From assembly GCA_001179505.1 (NCBI GenBank), contig CDMY01000933.1, positions 1 through 9,956 on the forward strand: DNA of 9,956 nt, in the 5' to 3' direction. Shown here in pieces: positions 1 to 7,621 of this stretch; position 1 is the first letter of the stretch, and every line of letters begins with the position of its first letter. Both the position numbers and the translations under genes were made by a program. A model generated the notes under the pieces. It ran no database searches, had not been told where the DNA came from, and was given only the letters and a program-made list of their open reading frames with translations. The DNA is from Vitrella brassicaformis CCMP3155 (lineage: Eukaryota; Protista; Chromerida).

Positions 1-8
1 GTGGGAGA

Positions 9-36
9 TGTGTGTGTGTGTGTGTGTGTGTGTGTG
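9..36. repeat. (TG)14 microsatellite; other simple repeats at 609-630 (CAGA)n, 663-678 (TG)8 and 5813-5828 (ATGT)4
   Basis: Read directly from the sequence. Those next to splice signals appear intronic. Confidence 0.95.
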
Positions 37-127
37 AGTGTCGTGTGTATACACATGGTACCTTACCTGATGTCGATTCGCGCTAACGACCCTGACCACT
101 GAGGCCACGGCTTTTTCACCGTCGTTG

Positions 128-282
128 GTGACGGCACACCTGATGCACGTAGAGATCTCATACAAGCGACATCAGCGACGCACACAGCCAGATGGTCGTC
201 ATGTGGAAGCTACGATGCCTCTCTGTTTGCCCTTGTTTACCTGGCTTTGCCATTCTTTGCCATCGGACAAGCGAGTGGGGCC
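128..282 (+). repeat. Diverged direct repeat, copy 1 (copy 2 at 686-796)
   Basis: 128-197 vs 686-755: 66/70 identical. catgtgga is shared at 200-207 and 762-769. 256-282 vs 770-796: 24/27 identical. Copy 1 carries about 48 extra bases rich in tttgcc. Confidence 0.92.
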
Positions 283-307
283 GTTTACCATAAGCCTTCT
301 TAACTTG

Positions 308-368
308 GAGTGCGCAGCCACTTGAGGGTGTTCTTATAGAGTGCGCAGCCACTTGACGGTGTTCTTAT
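308..368 (+). repeat. 31-bp tandem duplication
   Basis: gagtgcgcagccacttgagggtgttcttata is followed by gagtgcgcagccacttgacggtgttcttat, with one mismatch. Confidence 0.95.
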
Positions 369-685
369 CTCCTGGAAGTTACGACCGAAGTCGCCTGATT
401 CTTATGTAATGGTAGGAGAGGAGGGGCAAGGGTGGATTTATTACCTGCAGCAGACAGGCATGCACAGAGCACCACACGCACGGGATGGATGAAAGCCTTC
501 TTAAGGCCTGCCTACTGGGATTGTCTTTTGCTTAGACGTATGGTGGTCGTCCGGGCGACAAATCCTGTCTTCTCGACCAGGCAGAGATCGATCGCCTGAC
601 TGACCATCCAGACAGACAGACAGACAGACAAGGAGAGTGAGGGAGGGTGCTGTGTTTATGGATGTGTGTGTGTGTGTGCTCGCGT

Positions 686-796
686 GTGACGGCACACCTG
701 ATGCACGTAGAGATCTCATGCAAGCGACACCAGCGACGGACGCAGCCAGATGGTCAGCCACCATGTGGATTTGCCATCGGGCAGGCGAGTGGGACC
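686..796 (+). repeat. Diverged direct repeat, copy 2 (copy 1 at 128-282)
   Basis: Same alignment as for copy 1. Confidence 0.92.
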
Positions 797-942
797 TTGT
801 ACGAGGAAGAGAGAGGTCGACCACACAGGCCGTCTGGCTCATCTGGCTCGTCGCCTGTGTCAAAACCACGCCGCAACACTCATCCTACTTGCGAGCTTAA
901 AGGCGAGCTTTCGATGCATGTGTCAGAAGTGCAAGTCGGTCC

Positions 943-963
943 AGGGTTTAGGGTCTAGGGTTC
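943..963 (+). repeat. Short degenerate TTTAGGG telomere-like tract
   Basis: AGGGTTT-AGGGTCT-AGGGTTC. TTTAGGG is the plant/apicomplexan-type telomere unit. Confidence 0.55.
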
Positions 964-985
964 ATAGACCGACGATCCACTGATC

Positions 986-1208
986 TGTGAGACAGGACGG
1001 CTGTTGAGTCTTTGTCCGTTCCATGAGACAGGCCATGGCGGACAGGACGTCAGACAGAATGGACTGACGCATACTACATGTCCTACGTGGACTCTCCACA
1101 AAATCCACAGACCTTACGTTGCATTGACTTAATCCTTTATCCGGGACTGACCGCCCGGCAGATCCTCTCTTCACCATTCTCCCCGACTCTCTCCCACCTA
1201 TTCTTACA
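986..1208 (+). mobile_element. Putative 5' LTR (223 bp) of a copia-like retrotransposon
   Basis: Starts TGTGAGA (986) and ends TCTTACA (1208), a 6/7 inverted terminal match with TG...CA ends. It is followed directly by TGG and lies upstream of a gag-like ORF. No second LTR copy is present in the window. Confidence 0.6.
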
Positions 1209-1220
1209 TGGGCGCAGCAA
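1209..1220 (+). promoter_or_regulatory. Candidate primer-binding site (TGGGCGCAGCAA)
   Basis: TGG immediately follows the LTR-terminal CA, the canonical PBS position. I did not identify the cognate tRNA. Confidence 0.4.
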
Positions 1221-1243
1221 TCTGGTTTGTCTTTTCCGCCTGA

Positions 1244-1812
1244 TCGGCAGTTGGGCAGATCCTAACAGGTCTGTCTATCATCCGCCTGTCGGCAGTCTGT
1301 CTGTGCAGCAGCCTGTCAGCAGCCTGTCTATCGTCTGTCTGTCGGCAGCTGATAGATCCTAACCGGTCTATCAGTCCGCATTCTCTCGGTGGTATCGACC
1401 CCGCAAGACATCCTNNNNNNNNNNNNNNNNNNNNNNNNNNNNNNNNNNNNNNNNNNNNNNNNNNNNNNNNNNNNNNNNNNNNNNNNNNNNNNNNNNNNNN
1501 NNNNNNNNNNNNNNNNNNNNNNNNNNNNNNNNNNNNNNNNNNNNNNNNNNNNNNNNNNNNNNNNNNNNNNNNNNNNNNNNNNNNNNNNNNNNNNNNNNNN
1601 NNNNNNNNNNNNNNNNNNNNNNNNNNNNNNNNNNNNNNNNNNNNNNNNNNNNNNNNNNNNNNNNNNNNNNNNNNNNNNNNNNNNNNNNNNNNNNNNNNNN
1701 NNNNNNNNNNNNNNCAGCAGCCTGTCTATCATCCGCCTGTCGGCAGCTGACAGATCCTAACCAGTCTATCAGTCCGCATTCTCTCGGTGGTATCGGCCCC
1801 GCAAGACATCCT
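1244..1812. repeat. Internally repetitive leader spanning a 300-N assembly gap (1415-1714)
   Basis: 1317-1414 and 1715-1812 are 98-bp copies with 6 mismatches. Shorter tcggcag..agatcctaac..gtctatc units also occur at ~1244-1295. Confidence 0.9.
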
Positions 1813-1889
1813 CAGCGTCAAGTGCCTCTTCAGCAGCAGCCAGTGACGATCCTGACCGGTCGACCTGAGCAGCAAGAAGAGCAGCAGCA

Positions 1890-2070
1890 ATGGCGCAGCC
1901 CATCTTTGCATTCGACCCCAAGACCGTCATCCGTACCTTCAATGGAGACAAGGACGACTGGCGTGAGTGGGAGTTTACCCTCAGAGCCTTCCTCCTGGCC
2001 AAGGAGATGCCCACAGAGCGTCTGATGCCTGAGAAGGAAGAAGACATTCCTAGGTTACCTGTACCGAATG
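1890..2070 (+). mobile_element. gag: Ty1/copia-type gag N-terminal fragment (truncated)
   Basis: MAQPIFAFDPKTVIRTFNGDKDDWREWEFTLRAFLLAKEM fits the copia Gag N-terminal pattern F-x-G-x(n)-W-x2-W-x(n)-A-F/Y-L. It lies downstream of the LTR and PBS. The right boundary is approximate. Confidence 0.65.
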
Positions 2071-2079
2071 CCGATGAAC

Positions 2080-2518
2080 ACCCCACACGCCCCGACCCCT
2101 CCACCAATGCACACCACGCGGCCACCAACAGGCAGAACGGAGCAGAAGACGGCAAGGCGCTGCGCATTGCGGCCGACAGGAAGCACAGCAAATGCGGCAC
2201 AGAGGCGAGGGCAAACAACTTCACCGTCATCCCCTGTCGGCGGAGAGCTATGGGGGGTGGGGGGACGAGGCGGCGGCCGTTCTCAATCGTATGGCCCGAT
2301 ACATCCGGCCGCCTGTCTATATAGAGGAGGGCGACGTGGAGTTTTTCCGTGAGACAGCATTGGACAGATGGTGGGCTCTACTTAGTGTGCTGCTGCAGAA
2401 GGGCAACGCACACATGTTGCGGAGCGGGGCGTGGCGGGCAAGCAGGTGGAATGGGCAGGAGAGGGCGGGTTTTGCTGAGGGGCTGCTGCTAGAGTGGGGG
2501 CCTTTCCACCCTCGTTGA
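2080..2518 (+). mobile_element. 5'-truncated, frameshifted C-terminus of a CRE-like non-LTR retrotransposon ORF (restriction-like endonuclease region)
   Basis: ...AADRKHSKC..NFTVIP, then a -1 shift at ~2231-2234, then LSAESYGGWGDEAAAVLNRMAR...RWWALLSVLLQKGNAHML...stop at 2516-2518. This matches the K..KY / F.P...E..G.WG..A / LSV.LQ(R/K)GNA signature of RLE-type (CRE clade) elements. Confidence 0.8.
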
Positions 2519-2765
2519 TTGCAGGGTGGGTGGGTGTACGAAGCGAATGCTTTGATAGTTCCTGTCAATATTCTAGATGTGGGTATGTAATCGACTCTGT
2601 CCCAGCGCATGGACACACAACCACCACCACCTTTTTCTATGTGGGGTTCCTTTTTTTGTTTTCTCCTGCTAACCCCGCGTAGAGACTACCCCGAGATGTA
2701 CTATGTTGAAGCCTCCGACTCGGGCACACCTCATCGTCGGCCACGCGGTGAGGGGACCAGCCACG

Positions 2766-2975
2766 TCAACATGCCTTGTCGACGCTGCATATGTTGGCAA
2801 AATGTATATTACAAAGCCAACCTCTCAACGTTCTCGCTCTACAGGCACTCATTGATCCCCATCCGTCGATGTGTCCATTAACGACAAACAGACAGAAACA
2901 CACACCGGCATGGGCATGACAAAAGCTCTGTGCTCGCATACTATGGATGCACGGATGGGTGGCGAATACACACAT
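2766..2975 (+). repeat. Dispersed diverged repeat, copy A (copy B at 9758-9909)
   Basis: Shared collinear blocks: tcaacatgcc.tgt..acgctg.ata; ag.cactca.tg.at.cccatccgtcg; gcatgggca.gacaaaagct.tgtgctc..at.ctatggatgcacggat...tggcg...cacacat. Confidence 0.88.
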
Positions 2976-3389
2976 TCTAGCGTGAAAGTGGTCCTACAAA
3001 GTGGTCGAATGCAAAGTGACGAGGGGTGCAAAGTGGTCGTATGGTTACTTTGCATGCCCCTAGCGGTCATCGCTGTTATTACAGGTAACCAACGCATTCT
3101 CTTCGGTTTCAGTAGCTGCGTTGGGTTCGAACTCGGGACAATTCGGATCACGACACGAACTCCTCCGCCACTCAGATAACCGGTCTGAGCCGTAAGGCGC
3201 GCCCTTCACCGCACTGACCCTGCTCAAACGTCAGGCCTCCTCACATTTGGCATATACTTATCATTTTGTCAGTGTGTGTGAAGCTTGCTCTCGTTGTTGC
3301 CGCCTCCCTCGTGGTTGCTTCACTCCTTTCCCCTTCCGCTTTCTTGTTGCTGTGTGTATACAGCCGACCCTCCCACAGAGACTAAATAC

Positions 3390-4861
3390 TGCGAAGACTA
3401 CGGATACACGTAATACTATGCATCCATGTGTAGAACTTGTCTCAGTCATGTCTCTCTGTCTTTCTGTCATGTTCGCTTTTTGTCTGGGGAATGGTCGTCG
3501 TAGAGAAGTGCTAATTCGACTGTCTCCAGCTTCGGACTTGGCAGAGTCTTCTCCTTGTCCACACACGTCCAGTGCCCACTGCCGGGCACGACTCAAAGAT
3601 GGGACGACACTGGGAGAAAGCCTGTGGAAAGGGAAAAGAAACCTTGTGTTTTGTACATCGTAAACATGCTTACAGCTTCTTTCTCCTTGCTCGAGCTCTC
3701 CCAAGCCCAACTGCATTGACACCCTTCAGCCCCCTTGCCGCATCACAGAGAACCTCCTTCCGGCCCTCAACATGACTCTTCAGACCGCCTGCGCCGCCAT
3801 GGGAGGCACGTATGGCAATGGCGGCCTACGGGGCGCGTGTTGCAGTGGCGACTGTCTTATTTTGTGGGGAGCAGGAGCAGCAGCAAGGAGCCACGTGCTC
3901 GGCTGAGGCCATTCTCGAAGCGGGCAATTTCTGCTTCGATGAAGGAGGTCCGCCGTGTATTGTGACTCAAGCGGATCTTCTCAAGGCTGCTGTAAATGGA
4001 ACGGAGGCCCCCTCTTCTCTTTGCGGCAGTGAGGACCCACTGCCATGTGTGATGGAAGAGTGGCCAATCTCCGCAATCAGACAAAGATGGTCAAGACAGC
4101 GGGTGTGCGAGGAATTTTCAGGGGGTCTGTTTCACTCTCGTCGGGAGGTATGCTGCCCGTTGGAGTGCGGCGTGTGTGGGGGCGAGGGCTGCTCGCTGCG
4201 CGCCAACAACCGGCCTGACCTCTGCTGCAGCAAGGAGATTCGGAGGAGAGGGATAGATGGTCTTTGCTCCAGGACGCAATCGACACCATGCATTGTGGAC
4301 ACGGAAATGGTGGACATGGTGGCACAAGTGGAGACAACCTTGTTGCCACAGCTGCAGGGAGAGTTCTCTGCCGTTGGTAGACCTAACGAATCTCCTTGTC
4401 CGGCTCCTTTGTGTGAACGGACACATGTATGTGCGCACCCATACATGAATGGAGATCAAGGATGCTGTGCGAGGGAGAGCTGCAGGGTGTCTTCGATGGC
4501 AAAGAACAAGCATGCTGCCTGCAGTCGTATACCGATGGTTGCCCAATGTCCCAGGACATCGGCCAGAAGTGCGAGCGGAATGCGTCCCTGCCCTGTGTGT
4601 TCCAAGTGACAAAGGAACAGTAGTGTGAGGTATGAACTAAGACATTGTCCACATTTGTGGAAAGAATGCTTTCTTTGCCGTCAGGACATAGCACTCGGCG
4701 AGTATGATCCTGAGACGGGTGCCTGCTGTGCCCGTCAGTGTGGGACCTGCACAGATGATGACAACTGTGCCGCTTGACCTGGCGGAAGCGACCAGTGCTG
4801 CCCCAAGCTGATCTTGAAAGACGAAATTGACTGTCAGCACACGAAGTGGGCCCCGTGTGTC
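3390..4861 (+). repeat. About five Cys-rich protein modules, consensus roughly C-x3-4-G-x(5-9)-CC-x3-C-x2-C-G-x(n)-C(C)-x3-I-x(n)-C-x6-PC-(V/I)
   Basis: Copies: 3390-~3738 (YCEDYG..., ...NCIDTLQPPC; middle unresolved); 3790-3964 (CAAMGG..GACCSGDC/FCGEQ..TCSAEAILEAGNFCFDEGGPPCIV, across the frameshift); a half-module near 4020-4050 (LCGSEDPLPCV); 4106-4297 (CEEFSGG..VCCPLECGVCGGEGCSLRANNRPDLCCSKEI..LCSRTQSTPCIV); 4468-4599 (CEGELQG..ACCLQSYTDGC..KCERNASLPCV); 4624-4861 (CE|DIALG..ACCARQCGTC..NCAA*PGGSDQCCPKLI..DCQHTKWAPCV). Confidence 0.82.
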
Positions 4862-5226
4862 TCGACACAGGCCCGTGACGATCAACTCATTGCATCCACA
4901 CCCCAGCCTACTGAGGTGGCTTGCATACGCATCATACGTTTATGGAGGTCTGCATGTGTTTCTTCAGGAGCCCGCCTCTGTGACGACGACACATGCACCG
5001 ACAGAGGTGTGCATACTACCTAGCCAGTGTACCGGTCACGATTCGCATACACATTTCTGCGTCCGTGTGCCTCTGGCTGTCATTCCCCTCCACAGGTGCC
5101 TCTTGATGTCGACGGAGTCCCAAAGTCGAAGGACCTTTGTCGGCCTGTGCATCCATCGAAGAAAGGTGGATAACATATTGTATTGCATCCGCTGCGATAC
5201 ATATTTGCGCTCTTGTATGACTACAG

Positions 5227-6880
5227 GTGGCCTTCGTGACCTTGGCAACGGCGCGCATATGTACTTCGGCTATGCCGTCAAGGTAGACAGCTTTGTGCAT
5301 TCATGTAAGTACCCCTTTGTGTCACAACTGCACTTGCAGACCGGATTGTTCGGCAACTTGAAGTACATGAAGATCCTGGGAGAGCAGTCCAGCCTCGTCG
5401 TGGCTGAATACGAATGTACGCGCGTACACAGACCCGGCCTGGTGTTGTGTGCTATGGCAATGTGTAATGTGAACAGGCAAGATGGACGTTACGCAACCAC
5501 GGCAAGGAGTCTATGACTGGGGAGACTGTGATGCCATCGCTCAACTCGCTGACAACCTCGACCTTCGCTTCATACACTGACCTGGCATCGTGCGGTGGGT
5601 GTACGATGTATGCAAATGAGGGCGCTTTGTTATGCCTGCGAATACAGATGCCCGGCTGGATGCTCAATCGGCCGCCACGGAAACGGAGGGGCATCTTATA
5701 AGATCACATAGAGAAAGCCATGGAGCACTTCCGTGACAATCCCAGCCTTTGGTCCATCGACGTTGTCAATGAAGGTTCGTCCGGCCCAGTCGCATGCGCG
5801 TGTGAACTAGTTATGTATGTATGTATGTACATTCATGCAGTCCTTTCTGACGACCAGCCCATCCCGAAGCAGCCCAGGCTGAGAGAATCCTACTGGACTA
5901 AGATGGCCGGTATCGACGACTGGCCAGCTCTGGCGTTCAGGTGTCTTGAACACAAGGATGGACGCGCAAACCACGTGTATGTATTTTTCCACACAGAAAA
6001 GCCAAGCAAATAGCTAGGAACCGAAACAAACTTCGGTCGATCATGAATGAGTATGGAATCAACTCCGTTGCGCGACAAGGGGTCAGAATGCAAACCTTCA
6101 CGCAACAGCGCGCAGTCCATATCCGGATGTATGTGTGTATGTATGTAGGGCTGGCGGAAGGCTGACGCCATGTACCACTATTGCCGGCAGCTGCGCAAAA
6201 AGGGGGTGCCTGTGGACGGTGTGGGTGTGCAAGCCCACATAAACATTGCTAAGCGCGACTTCCACGGTATGTAACCCTCCACGCCCTCATACAAGCGAGC
6301 ATGTCCGGACCCTACGCGAGTGTACGCCGCATATAGGTGTGCGGAAGCAGTTCAAGCGCTTGGGCGAGATTGGCCTGGAAGCTCAGATAACTGAGGTAAC
6401 TCACGGCAAATTGCCCTAATTCGACGTCTTGCTTTCCTTTGATTGTACTCTCCTTTGCTCCTCCAGCTTGATGTATCTTGCGGTCACTGGCACGGCAGCC
6501 GATTCAAAGCATGCGATGGCATGAACGACCTCATGGAATTCATGCAGATGGGCACAGACACATGCAGGAATGGGCACTTGCGTGCACGTGCCTATGTGTG
6601 CACATATGCGTCTCTCCATGATTCTATGTGTGCAGGTCGAGGCATACAAGGCCATGGTCCGCGTGTGCATGGACGCGGCCAACTGCACAGGTCACAAATT
6701 GACACATGCACACGTAAAAGCATTTCATAAACATTTCGTCCAGGTGTCGGCGTGTGGGGCGTCTCCGACGATGGGTCTTGGCTACATAGCGAGTCGCGCA
6801 ATGAGACGCCGCTCCTCTTCGATTCCAGCCTGAAGAAGAAGAGGGCCTTTTATGGCGTCAAGGAAGCCATGCAGACGTGA
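5227..6880 (+). other. GH10 catalytic TIM-barrel domain (within the pseudogene)
   Basis: GH10 motifs appear in the expected order: GLRDLG..MYFGYAV; YMKILGEQSSLVVAEYECKM; QPRQGVYDWGDCDAI; HTLTWH; WSIDVVNE (acid/base Glu, 5771-5773); MNEYG; GVPVDGVGVQAH; QITE|LD (nucleophile Glu, 6393-6395); Q|VEAY..VRVC..C; VWGVSDDGSW; PLLFDSSLKKKRAFY. Confidence 0.93.
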
Positions 6881-7067
6881 TCTGCACTTGTATGATTGTG
6901 AGCTTTGCTTGGATTGATAGAAGACACCTCTGTGATCCGTTCCCTGGCCCGCATCCGGATGTTGCAGTTCTGACAAAGCAGAACCGCATTAGAATTAGCT
7001 GCAGAAAGTCCTGCTTCTAGGGGAGGCGTCGTAGGAGAGGCGGGGCACGTGTTGCGAGCCAGTGGGA

Positions 7068-7080
7068 TCTAGGGTTTAGG
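7068..7080 (+). repeat. Second short telomere-like motif (TCTAGGGTTTAGG)
   Basis: About two heptamer units in the intergenic region between the convergent genes. Confidence 0.4.
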
Positions 7081-7621
7081 TCAGTTCAAGTCAGAATATC
7101 TCCCGACATGTACGACACAGATGCATCTAGGATGCAGTAGGATGAGTGTTGTGGATCACATTTGACATATGCGGGAGATGCTCTTTCCATCGATGCATTC
7201 TTGTGTCCAGCGAATTGCCGGTAAGTGAACGAAGGATGCGGCCTATAACACACACTCAAACAGAGCAGGTGGCCCGCAGGCAGGTGTGTGTACTCGCTTT
7301 CCAAACTCACTCTCATTAGCAAATGGACGGTCCGGCACCGCGAACGGCCTTTCAAGCCCAGTGATTATGTAGCTTGAGGGACGAGTGCTGGAGCCCCCGA
7401 CGGTCGGACAACTATGGTGCAAGGGAGACATGTGGTGGCCTTCGTATGTCTTTTCTCGATGTGAATTGACGCAACACGCAGCCAAAGAATACAGACCTCG
7501 CCATGCGCTAGGCAAACGTCTGCCCTCATTGAAAGACGGCAGCTCCCCTTATATCTCACGCTTTCCGCTCTGTGTGCCGCCATGTTTGTCCTCTTGTCCA
7601 AACGGACACCAAATAGACAAT

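Larger units (their letters stand above)
67..760 (-). other. Possible relic or fragment of an unidentified spliced minus-strand gene
   Basis: Minus-strand donors: cag|gtaag (67/66) and catcag|gtgtgc in both repeat copies (~139 and ~697). An intron-like (CA)n plus (CTGT)n tract ends in gtcag near 599, and tgctgcag occurs near 446. No frame gives a protein I recognise. Confidence 0.3.
3009..6880 (+). pseudogene. Recently disabled multi-exon gene for a secreted modular GH10 glycoside hydrolase (endo-1,4-beta-xylanase family): signal peptide, Cys-rich repeats, P/T linker, GH10 domain
   Basis: Manual splicing gives exons 3009-3084 (MQSDEGCKVVVWLLCMPLAVIAVIT, signal-like), 3364-3409, ~3530-3652 (uncertain), ~3706-~4376 (ends uncertain), ~4462-4629, 4685-4915, 4968-5006, 5096-5165, 5227-5282, 5340-5415, 5477-5594, 5648-5774, 5841-5940, 5997-6081, 6149-6266, 6337-6395, 6467-6547, 6636-6690 and 6744-6880 (stop TGA). 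Phases are compatible from 4629 onward once the lesions are allowed for. Lesions: frameshift ~3856-3860, TAG 4621-4623, TGA 4775-4777, 1-bp deletion ~5569-5571, TAA 5699-5701, donor read as AT instead of GT at 6548. Confidence 0.9.

Noticed and set aside
1328-1760. ORFs spanning the X-run
   Set aside because: Artefacts of translating through the 300-N gap.
1787-1800. TGGTATCG as the true Met-tRNA PBS
   Set aside because: It matches only the first 7 bases of TGGTATCAGAGC, is not preceded by an LTR-terminal CA, and is part of the repeated unit. The site at 1209 fits the geometry better.
1244-1812. CRISPR-like array
   Set aside because: The context is eukaryotic, there are no unique spacers of regular length, and there are no cas genes.
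2089-2097. RPD as the catalytic PD of the PD-(D/E)xK endonuclease
   Set aside because: It is too close to the K..K motif and lacks the intervening DV-type acidic residue. It is probably coincidental, so the catalytic core appears to be missing.
3812-4609. 265-aa ORF as a stand-alone gene
   Set aside because: It is part of the larger spliced GH10 pseudogene. Its ATG lies in the wrong frame upstream of the ~3858 frameshift, and its 3' end runs through an intron into an off-frame region.
4827-5516. 229-aa plus-strand ORF and the overlapping minus-strand ORFs (4118-4868, 5016-5300)
   Set aside because: These are read-throughs of introns and short exons, or antisense shadows of the GH10 gene, with no independent motifs.
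4621-5701. Alternative genetic code, selenocysteine or stop readthrough rescuing the GH10 gene
   Set aside because: All three stop types occur, together with two frameshifts and a broken donor. Both genes end at normal TGA stops. No single recoding rule explains this.
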